Shown here in pieces: positions 50,498 through 60,058 of a stretch of 64,000 bases of DNA; positions within the stretch are counted from its first letter, which is position 1; each line of letters begins with the position of its first letter. The translations under genes and the position numbers were made by a program. The stretch is from the IMG/VR virus record IMGVR_UViG_3300046535_001151, positions 1 to 64,000 of that record; one strand, given 5' to 3'. Source of the stretch: a virus. The notes under the pieces were generated by a model. The model saw only the letters and a list, made by a program, of their open reading frames with translations. It did not search any database and had not been told where the DNA came from.

Positions 50498-50945
50498 CTT
50501 CACCGGCAAAATCTTCGATGCCGAGCAGGTCGCCTACCTCCTCAGCCGCCTGAGCGTGTTCGATCTCTCCGCCCCGGGAGGGTCGTTCATGCCGGAGAGT
50601 GATCGCGTCAAGGCACGGTTCTATCCCTTCCTCAAGGATTCCTTCAAGGGGGTCTGGGCCTATGCCACCCTCGTGGTACTGGAGCCCTCCGCGCAGATCG
50701 TGGCGCACAAGGACGAGTGGACGGGAGCGTTGACCCGCTACCATATTCCTCTACAACTCAATGAATGGTGTTGGGTCTATACCGAAGCTGACTGGCGGCG
50801 TGACGTAGGATTCAACGGCTGGCAGCAACTTGAACTCGGCTATGTCTATAAGATGAACCCCGGTCTGCCCCACGGGGCGGTGAACTGGGGAACCACGCGG
50901 CGAATCCACCTCCTGATCGACACCCCGAATGTTACTGAAGCCTAG
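50490..50945 (+). CDS. Aspartyl/asparaginyl beta-hydroxylase-like 2OG-Fe(II) dioxygenase
   Basis: LEP..QI.AHKD (HxD), RYHIPL, HGAVNWG...RIHLLID. Confidence 0.75.
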   Translation: MYNFTGKIFDAEQVAYLLSRLSVFDLSAPGGSFMPESDRVKARFYPFLKDSFKGVWAYATLVVLEPSAQIVAHKDEWTGALTRYHIPLQLNEWCWVYTEADWRRDVGFNGWQQLELGYVYKMNPGLPHGAVNWGTTRRIHLLIDTPNVTEA

Positions 50946-53937
50946 CGCCTGCGCCGGCTGTGTCCTCGCCGACAGCGGGAAGGGCTATGCCCCGGCAGAC
51001 GGACCCGACACCTCTCCACTCCTGCTGGTGGGAGAAGCCCTCGGCGCGACTGAAGCGGCAGTGGGGAAGCCGTTCGTCGGTGATGCCGGATCCATGCTCG
51101 CTCGCCTGTTCAAGATGCTCGGCTGGGAGCGAGAGCACCTCCGGATAGACAACAGTATTCGTTGCCGCCCACCTAATGATTGGTTGGAAGGGGCTCCGTG
51201 GCAGTATGCCGCCCTCGATGCCTGTGCCCCCTACCTGAACGACAGCCTCGCGAGTCCGTATCTGAAGGTGGTCGTCCCAATGGGCACCACAGCCATCAAA
51301 CGGGTCATGCGGATCAGCGGGAAGAAGATCGGCCCGAACAACTTCCATGGCACGGTGACGAGAGATCCGCTCGACCGCTTCTGGATCGTCCCGACCTTCC
51401 ACCCCTCCTACCTCCAGCGTGGGGCTCACAATCTGATAGGTACAGTCCTCTGGGATCTGCAGCAGGCATTCAAGGCGATCACAGACAACCCTCCACCCGA
51501 TCCCGCGTCCATCGTCTGCGATCCTCCGCTCGAGTGGTTCACCGCTTGGGTCGATCTGGTCATCGCCGCTCGCCAGCAGGATCCTGCCGCCTATCCGATC
51601 TCCTCCGACATCGAGACCCCGGACAAGGCTGGTGGGCAGGATGAAGGGGAGATCTCCTCCGACGATCGCAGCTTCACGATCCTCCGGTGGAATGTGAGCT
51701 GTCACCAGGATGAAGGGATCACGGTTCCGTTCCAAGGTCCGTACATCGACGAGTTGATCCGTCTCCATCAGTCTCCCGGCCCGATCTGGGGCTGGAACTT
51801 CACCGGCTACGACTTCGAGAGAGCCGTCGCAGCAGGCGTGATGAAGGCGGAGGACTTCCACAAGGTCCTCGATCTGATGTGGGTAGCCCACCAGCTCCAG
51901 TCAGACGTCCCGAGAGGGTTAGGTTTCTGGGCGCCGTTCTATTCCAGCTTCGGCCCATGGAAACACCTCGCGGATTCAGAGCCTGCTCGCTACGCTGCCA
52001 TCGACGGCTTCCAGACCCACCGAGTCGGATTCGGCCTGCTGCGCGATCATCAAAAGTTGGGTACCTGGCCCACCGTGGCTCGGCATGTCCACCAGCTCCA
52101 CCACCTCGTCCTGAAGCCAGCCCAGATCATCGGCGTGAAAGTCGACCGTGAGCGGCTGACCCTCTTTAAGTCCACTTTATCGGACAAAGCGACCACCCTG
52201 TTGAACAAGCTCCAAGAGTCCTATCCCGACGGCCTCCGTAACCTGACCCCCAAGCAGGGTCTCGTGTCTCGTCCCAAGGAGAATGTCCTCCATGTCAAAG
52301 CCTCAGCCTTCACACGCAAAGGGAAGAAGCGGAAGGGGAAGGACGTCACCGACCTCAAACTCGATCTCTATCGGCAAGCCGTCGTGGTCGAGCGTGAACT
52401 TGTCCGAGAAGTTCGCTGCTGCGAAAGCTGCGGTGGTGTGGGCGTGCATACGAAGCATCGATGCAAAGATCGATCGCTTGTCCCGGCAACGGTCCTCCGC
52501 CTTGAGACGGTTACTCGCTATTTCTGGTCGGAGCCGTTCAACCCGGACAGCTGGCAACAGGTCCTGAACTACATCAAGTTCAAGAAGCATCAGCCCGGGA
52601 AGGCCAAGAAGACCAAGAAGGATTCGACCGACCGAGAAACCCTGGACAGGCTGTCACGAACCGGCGATCCCCTCTACCTCACCCTGCTGGACTACCGCGC
52701 CGTGATCAAAGTGAAGGGCACCTATGTCGAAGGCACCGAACGGAGAATGGATGATGAGGGACGAATCCATCCCGAACCTACGTTCAAGCCGTCCACCTCA
52801 AGGCTGTCCTATGTCAACCCTAACATTACGAATGTCATTACCCGGGTCCGTGAGGGACGTGAGAATCTGGCCGCAGGCTTCCGTCGGTGTCTTGTGGCTA
52901 GTCCGGGATGTCGACTGTTGGAAGTGGACTTTGGGGGAAGCGAACAGGTGGATGTTGGGTGGTACTCCCGTGACCCGAATCACATCCGTCTGGCTCGGTT
53001 GGGGATCCATGCCGGTCTCGCCAGCCACGTCCTGAAGCGGCCCTACGACCCAAGCTGGAGTCCGGAGGTCCTCGGGGCCTACTTCAAGGAGATCAAGCAG
53101 GCCGAGGATGAGAAGACCCAGGCGGTCTATGAACGATCCAAACGGTTCGTCCACGGCTTCAGCTACGGCCTGACGATCCCCGGCATGGTCCTTCAATTCC
53201 CGGAGACCTTCCCGAACCACAAGGTGGCGGAGGAATACGCTGATATCTTCCGGTCGATGGCCCCGAAGATTCCCGCGTGGCAGCGACAGGTCAGGGAGCG
53301 GGCCTTCAAGCAGCATTATCTCGGTGGACCGGGCGATCATCCCTTCGGGTACAAACATTGGTTCTGGTCGGTCTTCACCTACAAGAAGATCACCGCGGGG
53401 CAGTACTGGGCGATCGTCCAGAAGATGAAGCGGAAGGGGATCGAAGAAGGCGATTCTCCGGTGGCGGTGATCAACGGGCAGTACTTCCGGATCAACCTTG
53501 GTGAGGATGCCAAACGGTGTGTGGCGTTCTACCCCCAGTCCACTACCGCGGGGAAGCTCAAGGAAGCGATGCTGCGGTTATTCGATCCTGAACAGCCTGC
53601 GTACATCGGAGATGTCTACTTCGGCAAGACCCCCCTCCGCGCTCCAATCCACGATTCCCTGCTGCTCGAGATTCCCACCAAGGTGTTCGATCTCACCGCG
53701 AGTATCGTCGTGCAGGAGATGCAGCGACCGCTGACCATGATGCCGTGTCCAGAGGAATGGCAGCTCGGACCCTACCTCTCGACTGGGGTCTCGGTGAAGG
53801 TCGGGACCGATGGGGGTGACTGGGCGAGTCTCTCTACGATTGCGGTGACCGAACTTGGAGTGGGCAGTGATGTGCTGACCACTGCCGCGGTGGGGGATGA
53901 AGAGGAAGTCGCTGACCTTGGTCGGGAGGTGGCTTAG
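50929..53937 (+). CDS. polA: Family A DNA polymerase with N-terminal family-4 uracil-DNA-glycosylase-like domain and 3'-5' exonuclease
   Basis: UDG: CAGC, VGEALG..E...PFVG, CRPP, FHPSY. Exo: SDIET, WNFTGYD, YAAID. Pol: RLSYVNPN, motif A EVDFGGSE, motif B SKRFVHGFSYG, motif C IHDSLL. Confidence 0.92.
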   Translation: MLLKPSACAGCVLADSGKGYAPADGPDTSPLLLVGEALGATEAAVGKPFVGDAGSMLARLFKMLGWEREHLRIDNSIRCRPPNDWLEGAPWQYAALDACAPYLNDSLASPYLKVVVPMGTTAIKRVMRISGKKIGPNNFHGTVTRDPLDRFWIVPTFHPSYLQRGAHNLIGTVLWDLQQAFKAITDNPPPDPASIVCDPPLEWFTAWVDLVIAARQQDPAAYPISSDIETPDKAGGQDEGEISSDDRSFTILRWNVSCHQDEGITVPFQGPYIDELIRLHQSPGPIWGWNFTGYDFERAVAAGVMKAEDFHKVLDLMWVAHQLQSDVPRGLGFWAPFYSSFGPWKHLADSEPARYAAIDGFQTHRVGFGLLRDHQKLGTWPTVARHVHQLHHLVLKPAQIIGVKVDRERLTLFKSTLSDKATTLLNKLQESYPDGLRNLTPKQGLVSRPKENVLHVKASAFTRKGKKRKGKDVTDLKLDLYRQAVVVERELVREVRCCESCGGVGVHTKHRCKDRSLVPATVLRLETVTRYFWSEPFNPDSWQQVLNYIKFKKHQPGKAKKTKKDSTDRETLDRLSRTGDPLYLTLLDYRAVIKVKGTYVEGTERRMDDEGRIHPEPTFKPSTSRLSYVNPNITNVITRVREGRENLAAGFRRCLVASPGCRLLEVDFGGSEQVDVGWYSRDPNHIRLARLGIHAGLASHVLKRPYDPSWSPEVLGAYFKEIKQAEDEKTQAVYERSKRFVHGFSYGLTIPGMVLQFPETFPNHKVAEEYADIFRSMAPKIPAWQRQVRERAFKQHYLGGPGDHPFGYKHWFWSVFTYKKITAGQYWAIVQKMKRKGIEEGDSPVAVINGQYFRINLGEDAKRCVAFYPQSTTAGKLKEAMLRLFDPEQPAYIGDVYFGKTPLRAPIHDSLLLEIPTKVFDLTASIVVQEMQRPLTMMPCPEEWQLGPYLSTGVSVKVGTDGGDWASLSTIAVTELGVGSDVLTTAAVGDEEEVADLGREVA

Positions 53938-56270
53938 GGAACCGAGGCTTGAACAGTCGTCGGCTTCGGTGGAGGACCGACAGGCTGCGCCGGTTCCTCA
54001 CTTCGACCAGGAAATACGAGTCGTCCTAGATCCGCCAGCGCCATCCCCGGCTCCGGTCCCGTCAGCGCCTTGATCAACCACTGGGTTCGCTGTGGGGTAT
54101 AGGCTGCCCACTGTGTGAGATCGGCGATTCTCGGTCCCTTCAAGATGGATCGGGTGACCGCGCCAACCTTGGTAATCGGGTGTCCTGGCACAAGCAGCCC
54201 GTAGGCAATATCGCGTGTCGCTGTAGCCGCACTCGGAGCAGTCGCAATCGTCGATCCCTCAAAGGCTTGCTTCTGTGCCGCAGCACCTACCTCAAACGCC
54301 TTCTTCTCGGTTGCCGCTGCGAGTTCTTTCTGTTGGAGCGACTGGAATGCCTCGCCGATTTGTTTCAGATTCCCCCAGACCGTCTGCCCTGCAGGATCCC
54401 CATACATGGTCTTGATAAACTCCTGCCCATTACCCGATCCTTCCATCTTCTGCATCTCTGCAATCATCTTCTCCGGGCCGAGCCGCACGAGTTTCTCATG
54501 GGTCCAGGATGCCCGCAGTGCATTCCACGCGGCCTCCCCCTGTTGGGCACCCGCCTCGGCTCCCTGCTTCGGGACATCGACTGTGAGATTCTTCAGGAGC
54601 CTTGCCTGCGTTGGGTGCTGCCAGTCAATCTTCCGTATCACGACCTCGGGATCATCAAGGATGGCCTTGTGGAGCTTCGGCGTGACACCCTTCTCGTAGA
54701 GCTTCGCGACCTGTGCATAGTCCGAGGTGGCTTGGTTGTAGGGTTCGTGAGCTGCCATGAGATCCCGTAGGGTGACTCTGAACCCCTTGGTAATCTGCTG
54801 CACCTGTTTCTTGGCCGGTGAGTCCCAGTTCACTGCCTCGTCGAGGAGCCGCTTCATCTTGTGGGCATCGTCGAACTCAATATGAGGATTCTCGGTAATC
54901 TTCTGATAAATGTCAGAGAGGACACCGGGGAGCGGATGATCGGGTCCGGTGGACTGCGCAAGGAGATCCTTGAGTTCAGCCGGTGTGAGCGCACCCGATG
55001 TGCTCTTCCGCGTGGCCAAGTCTGACTTGATCCCACTTTCGGCTACAGGTTCCGACGCCTGTGCCACGGTCTCGAGTGCGGCCGGTTCGTGGCTCGCCAT
55101 CGGCGTGATCTGATTGGAGAGTTCTTCTGCCCGCTTGACGAGAGGAGCGGTAGGCAGCCGCGGGCCAGACTGTGCGGTCGCTAGTACGTTCTTCCCCAGT
55201 TGATCCTTGACATCCTTCGCCGGACCCTGTGCTACGCCCTCGACCATCTGTCCCGCACGACTTGGGGTAACAGGAGACTGTGTCGCCGCCAACCGAGATC
55301 TCGCAGCCGTAGTATCCGACGCGGCGACGTCGATAGCCTTGTTGAGTTCCCCTCGCATGTTACTGTGTGCAGCAAAGAGACCCTCTCGGACCTTGTTGCC
55401 AATACCAGAGGCCGCAATGCGTCGACCGAAGGCTTGTCCAACCCCAGTTATCAGTTGTCCCGTCGCGTCGTAGTACATCTGCCGACGTCCAGCGGATTGA
55501 ATAGTTGGCCAGTCTCGGGCTCCAGAGGCTGCGGTCTGTGTCGCTCCTCCCACATAGGCCCCGACGAGCGGCACCGCAGCGGTATAGGCGCGACTGATGA
55601 GGGCGGGGAGTTCCAGTTCAGGGGCCACCATCGTGGCGGCGGCTGCTCCTACCATCCCGCCCAGCATCTCGTGATCGGGTGACGGCGTGAGGGCGGTGGA
55701 GGCGTCCTGCTGAGCAGCAGCGGTTCGGGGATCAGTCGCCGATGCTGGATGGGCAAACTTGGAGACGAGATCCGTGATCTTGCTGGTTAGGGAACTTGAG
55801 GGCGGTCGGGTCGTCGAGGAGGGCGTCGAGGGTGGCGCGATCGACGAAGGCGTATGGGACGGTGCTGGCGGTGGTGGAGCAGTCGTCGTTCCACCTTGGT
55901 AGGTTTTCAGTTTCCCCAGTACACCCGGAATGTAATTGTTCGCGGTCGACGCAGGAGGCGTAGTTGCCCGTCCCTCGCCAGCGTTGTAGGCCGCGAGCGT
56001 CTTGGACACATCTCCCTTGTACTGATCCATGAGGAAGCGGAGATGCTGCACGCCCCCACGAATGTTCTGTCCGGCGTTAGACGGATCCACCCCGTAATGC
56101 TTCGCGGTGTTCGGCATCAACTGCATGACGCCGAGTTCGCCCGAGGTGCCTACTTTCGTCGGATCGAAACTGGATTCCTGATCAGCGACCGCGAGGGCGA
56201 GGGCGGGATCGACACCCTGCCGTGTCGCTTCCTGACGAATGGCGTCTTGGACGGAGGGATCCTGCGGCAT
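53934..56270 (-). CDS. Internal virion/ejection protein with N-terminal lytic transglycosylase (SLT)
   Basis: AVADQESSF, GVMQLMP.TA, NIRGG..L, LAAYNAG. Confidence 0.85.
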   Translation of the reverse strand: MPQDPSVQDAIRQEATRQGVDPALALAVADQESSFDPTKVGTSGELGVMQLMPNTAKHYGVDPSNAGQNIRGGVQHLRFLMDQYKGDVSKTLAAYNAGEGRATTPPASTANNYIPGVLGKLKTYQGGTTTAPPPPAPSHTPSSIAPPSTPSSTTRPPSSSLTSKITDLVSKFAHPASATDPRTAAAQQDASTALTPSPDHEMLGGMVGAAAATMVAPELELPALISRAYTAAVPLVGAYVGGATQTAASGARDWPTIQSAGRRQMYYDATGQLITGVGQAFGRRIAASGIGNKVREGLFAAHSNMRGELNKAIDVAASDTTAARSRLAATQSPVTPSRAGQMVEGVAQGPAKDVKDQLGKNVLATAQSGPRLPTAPLVKRAEELSNQITPMASHEPAALETVAQASEPVAESGIKSDLATRKSTSGALTPAELKDLLAQSTGPDHPLPGVLSDIYQKITENPHIEFDDAHKMKRLLDEAVNWDSPAKKQVQQITKGFRVTLRDLMAAHEPYNQATSDYAQVAKLYEKGVTPKLHKAILDDPEVVIRKIDWQHPTQARLLKNLTVDVPKQGAEAGAQQGEAAWNALRASWTHEKLVRLGPEKMIAEMQKMEGSGNGQEFIKTMYGDPAGQTVWGNLKQIGEAFQSLQQKELAAATEKKAFEVGAAAQKQAFEGSTIATAPSAATATRDIAYGLLVPGHPITKVGAVTRSILKGPRIADLTQWAAYTPQRTQWLIKALTGPEPGMALADLGRLVFPGRSEEPAQPVGPPPKPTTVQASVP

Positions 56271-56273
56271 ACG

Positions 56274-58313
56274 CTACTGCAGGGGCTTGATCTTGTAGCC
56301 GCCCTGTGGACCGAGCGTGGGATCCCAGTACGCCTCACCGGGGCCTGCGGTCTCCACCGTCTTGGCTCCAGCAGGCGTTGAGGTAGCGGGGGATGTCCGA
56401 GCGGGAGGTGGAGTGGCCCCGTGTGAGGAGGCAGGACTCACCCCGGTCGCGGTCTGTTGAATATCCCGGAGGAAGGCGGCATTCGCATCCCGCAGCCCGA
56501 CCAGCTTCTGGTACATCTGGGCCGGCGAGTCGAACCCACCCTCATCGCCTTCCTTGAGTTGGGACAGCGCCGAGACCCGATCCGCATTCAGCCCGGGCAC
56601 GTTGTGGGCGAACATGATCTGCCGACCCGAGGGCAATCGAGGGGTGTGCTGACGGCGATCCGCATAGATCCGCTGCGACCGGCTGGCCCCACCCAAGTTG
56701 GACGAGGCCGACTGCTGGAGACCCGCGAGGTCTGGGAGTTGAGCCGCGGCCAGCGCAATCGGATTCCCTTCGGTTCCGGATCGATACTTCTCGACCAGCT
56801 TCATCGTGCCTTCGAGCGAGGTGTCGTTCTTGAACGGCTCGAGAGCGGCGAGGGCAGCGGTGATGTTGTCGTTCATCGACTCGGTACGGGAGATCGCGGT
56901 CTGCACCGAGGCTGGCACAGGCTTCCCGGTTTCTCGCGACTGCCCTGCCATCTCAGGAGGCGCCCCAGCCAGGGTACGTGCACGGAGTCCAGCCGGCTTG
57001 GTCGGTGTAGCCGTGGGAGCCGTGGGAGCCGCTGTCGGTGCTGCGGTCGTGATCGGCGCTGCTCCACCGCTGCTCGGCGCTGCTCCTGCGGGTGCGGGTG
57101 GTGGAGTCGCAGGGGCTCCAGCCTGAGCCGGTGGAGGGGTGGCGCCGGGAGCCGTGGGGGCTGCTCCTTCATCTGGGAGTGGAGCCGCGGTACCCTGCAG
57201 CAACTGTTCACCCAGCGTCAGGACCTGATCCACCGTGCCATTCGGCAACATCCCCCGAGCCGCACTGAGAGCTTGGTTATTCGTAAGCTGGCCCTTCTGC
57301 TGGGCAACCAACGCGAGCGTGTGCTGCTGCTGCCCCTGACTCAGCCGACCAAACGGCTTGTGGTAGGTGGCCTGTGCCACCGACTCGTTACTGACCCCGT
57401 AGGTCTGATTCGCGGTCGCCGACTTCGGACGGAATCCCGGGATCGGCTGACCGTTCGCATCCTCATACTGGTTGGTGAACTTGTTGAAGCTCCCGAAGCG
57501 CAGCTCCACATTCCCGTCAGGAGTGGTCACCTCGCCCTGAATTGACTGGTAGGGGGCGGCAGCAGATCCACGATACTGGCGTTGGAGGAGGGCCAAGGCT
57601 TCCGGCCGGCTCATCCCCGCGGCGACCATGCCCGCGACCTTCCCCTCGACATCCCCCGACTGCACCGCGATCGCATGCTTCTTGGCAGCCTCTTCAGCGG
57701 TGTCAAAAATCTGACGTGGATGGCTCCCTGTGACAAAGCTCGGACTGGGCGGTCCCTGCAACCCGGGAGGCGCCACCGCCGGCTGTGAACGCGGAAAGAC
57801 CCCCGACTGTCCACTCACCACCGGCGGTGATCCCGGCACAGTCTGGGTCCCTGTGGTCACCGGAGGCGGTCCACCCTGCACAGGAGACGTCGCAGACTGA
57901 GCCGAGGGCGCTGGAGGAGGCAGCGCCGTCACCGTGGCCTGCGGGGTGCCGATCGGTCCTTCGACCTTCCCGGGCAGGCTCCGCTCGATCGGGAGTTCAG
58001 GACTACGAGGTCCGGGTGTGGAGGAGGTCTCCTGCACCGGCGTCGAGATATATTGCTGCAGCTGCTGGTAGAGCGGACTCTTCTGCCGCTCGCCCATCCA
58101 GCCCCTCAGCCCACCGGCCTTCTTCCCCGGCAGCGCGGATTCGAACAGGCCACTGAGGGCCATCGACTGGACATGGGGGTCGGAGGAGTTCAGGAGGGCT
58201 TCGTAGATCTTCCCTTCCTTGTCCCGAGACTGGATGTCATCCTGCCGGTTCCGTTCCTCGACATACCGCTGCCGACCCACGAAGCCCGGGACGAGTTCGT
58301 CGAGGAAGCTCAT
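56274..58313 (-). CDS. Internal virion/ejection protein, Pro/Thr/Ala-rich
   Basis: ATG at 58313; low complexity; position between gp7-like and SLT genes. Confidence 0.65.
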   Translation of the reverse strand: MSFLDELVPGFVGRQRYVEERNRQDDIQSRDKEGKIYEALLNSSDPHVQSMALSGLFESALPGKKAGGLRGWMGERQKSPLYQQLQQYISTPVQETSSTPGPRSPELPIERSLPGKVEGPIGTPQATVTALPPPAPSAQSATSPVQGGPPPVTTGTQTVPGSPPVVSGQSGVFPRSQPAVAPPGLQGPPSPSFVTGSHPRQIFDTAEEAAKKHAIAVQSGDVEGKVAGMVAAGMSRPEALALLQRQYRGSAAAPYQSIQGEVTTPDGNVELRFGSFNKFTNQYEDANGQPIPGFRPKSATANQTYGVSNESVAQATYHKPFGRLSQGQQQHTLALVAQQKGQLTNNQALSAARGMLPNGTVDQVLTLGEQLLQGTAAPLPDEGAAPTAPGATPPPAQAGAPATPPPAPAGAAPSSGGAAPITTAAPTAAPTAPTATPTKPAGLRARTLAGAPPEMAGQSRETGKPVPASVQTAISRTESMNDNITAALAALEPFKNDTSLEGTMKLVEKYRSGTEGNPIALAAAQLPDLAGLQQSASSNLGGASRSQRIYADRRQHTPRLPSGRQIMFAHNVPGLNADRVSALSQLKEGDEGGFDSPAQMYQKLVGLRDANAAFLRDIQQTATGVSPASSHGATPPPARTSPATSTPAGAKTVETAGPGEAYWDPTLGPQGGYKIKPLQ

Positions 58314-59014
58314 CAGCCTTCCATGGGGTTGGGGTTGGCGTATTGGGGGTAGCCTGAACCGACCGGGACATACCCGCCGCTGTTCCATGTCCCATTGGGA
58401 GAGGCAGAAGGTTTGTTCCGGTTCCCGATCCCATTGAGAATATCGAACAGCATCGACCCGACCGCCTGCCCGTTGCCCGATCCCTGCTGCGAGATGAACC
58501 GCTGCTGCTGGAGCCGTTCGCCCATGATCCCGCCGTAGGTCCCCGCCGCGCCACTCAACCCAGCGAATCCATGCCCCCGCTCAGCCTCACCCAGATCCCC
58601 GAGTGCTGCCGCCGCCATCGGTTGGACACCCATGGTCAGGTGGGCCACATCGCCAGCCCGAGACCGTGAGAGATTCGCCTTGGCGAGATCCCTGACCGCC
58701 CCTTGCACCCCCGACCGTTCCAGACTCCGGCCGGCGCCAGCATACTGATCGTTGATGGCCTTCCTCGGTCCCGCCGTGGCCTCGGCCATCTGGGAGCGAT
58801 TCCCCCGGAGCAGGGTGTCGTAGTAGCTCCCGGCATGCTGGACCAGCGGAGTGCCAATGTCGAAGGCTTGATTGGCCCGCTTCTCCTGTGAGGCCGCGAT
58901 CCCCTCGGAGTTGGCGGTGGCGGCATTCAGGGCGCCTTGGGCCTTGTGCTGCTGGTAGGCATTGACGCCCATCCCCACCGCCGAGACAATCGCCGGAATC
59001 GCAATCGCCGGCAT
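58313..59014 (-). CDS. Ejection protein (P22 gp7-like)
   Basis: N-terminal hydrophobic Gly/Ala segment, Ala/Gln-rich helices. Confidence 0.6.
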   Translation of the reverse strand: MPAIAIPAIVSAVGMGVNAYQQHKAQGALNAATANSEGIAASQEKRANQAFDIGTPLVQHAGSYYDTLLRGNRSQMAEATAGPRKAINDQYAGAGRSLERSGVQGAVRDLAKANLSRSRAGDVAHLTMGVQPMAAAALGDLGEAERGHGFAGLSGAAGTYGGIMGERLQQQRFISQQGSGNGQAVGSMLFDILNGIGNRNKPSASPNGTWNSGGYVPVGSGYPQYANPNPMEG

Positions 59015-59415
59015 CAGCGAGACTCCGGCACCGGAAACACCCACGTCTGCCCCGGCACAGGCGTGCCCCCGATGTGCTCGAGCAGCTGATCAATCTGTGG
59101 ATCCACCGACTGGGTCAGGACATTCCGCACCCCGGCCTGCTGAAGGTGCTGCACCATCGCCGTGAACAGCAACCGGCTCACGCCGCCCTTGCCCCGGTGA
59201 TCGGGATGTTCCCACAAGCCTTCGACATGGTCGGTGAGCATCCGGGCCCAGCAGCCGATGATCTCCCCGTCCTGTTCCACCACGAGGACCCAGGTGAGGA
59301 TCGGGGCGGTGATGTCGGCGAGATAGGCCAGTTCGGTGCCACGGAGCTTGGCCCATTCCGCTTGGGGGAGTTCGCGGGCGGTCAGCGCGGTGGCGACCTC
59401 GGGCATGGGGGCCAT
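59014..59415 (-). CDS. GNAT acetyltransferase-fold protein (P22 gp14-like position)
   Basis: VLVVEQDGEIIG, EGLW.HPDHRGKGG. Confidence 0.7.
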   Translation of the reverse strand: MAPMPEVATALTARELPQAEWAKLRGTELAYLADITAPILTWVLVVEQDGEIIGCWARMLTDHVEGLWEHPDHRGKGGVSRLLFTAMVQHLQQAGVRNVLTQSVDPQIDQLLEHIGGTPVPGQTWVFPVPESR

Positions 59416-59416
59416 T

Positions 59417-60058
59417 CTAGCAGGGAAGAGCCGGGTCGGTGGCAATATGATACCGGTCTGGGGTCACGAAGCCGTCATCGACCCACTGCGGGGTGTTGTT
59501 CCCGCCCGGACCCGCATCCCCTAGCACTTTGAAAATGTGTCCATCGGGATAGCAGACCCGTGAGATCGAGTAGGTTTCCCCACCGCAGGTATAGATGTTG
59601 TCGCCACTGCCCTTCAGCAGGAGCCCGAGGGGGAAGGGGGTGCCGTTGATCACCTCCGCATTGAGCGCCCACGCCACCCGCTGGACGAACTTGAAGATGG
59701 TTCCGGCACTGGTCGTATCCACCGGAGTCGCCGCCTGTACCACGAGGACCGTGTCGGCGTAGTGATCGGGAATCGTCATCGATCCAGGCGGCGGTGGGAG
59801 CTGGCCTCCACCAGGGGTGACCGTGGTGGACTTCTTCGCTGCGGCCAGTTCGACCCGTCGGATATTCACGTTGTTCGTGGCGACTCCAGCCTGTACCTGC
59901 TGGAGGGCGGACTGGAGCTGGGTGATGGTCGTGGCCTGATCCGCGATCGTGGCGTTGTTGGTGTCGAAGAGATCGGTGTGGCGGTGGAGCTGATCCCAGA
60001 TCGCCCGGAGATTCTCGGGGCTGGGTTCGGTGTTGTAGTAGCGGCCCTTCTTCGCCAC
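59417..60058 (-). CDS. Tail needle/tip-like protein (coiled coil plus C-terminal globular domain)
   Basis: Heptad N-half, Pro linker; position after nozzle. Confidence 0.5.
   Translation of the reverse strand: MAKKGRYYNTEPSPENLRAIWDQLHRHTDLFDTNNATIADQATTITQLQSALQQVQAGVATNNVNIRRVELAAAKKSTTVTPGGGQLPPPPGSMTIPDHYADTVLVVQAATPVDTTSAGTIFKFVQRVAWALNAEVINGTPFPLGLLLKGSGDNIYTCGGETYSISRVCYPDGHIFKVLGDAGPGGNNTPQWVDDGFVTPDRYHIATDPALPC

Noticed and set aside
50490-50945. TET/JBP dioxygenase
   Set aside because: Motif spacing (HxD, RxHIPL, HxxxN, RIHL) matches the AspH/LpxO-like family rather than TET/JBP
52250-52530. Intein or intron in polA (basic, Cys-rich insertion)
   Set aside because: No intein terminal residues or LAGLIDADG motifs and the frame is continuous; more likely a Zn-knuckle insertion in the thumb region
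59417-59760. Host assignment (e.g. Acidobacteriota) from the look of the C-terminal domain and GC content
   Set aside because: Impression only; needs homology or CRISPR-spacer matching
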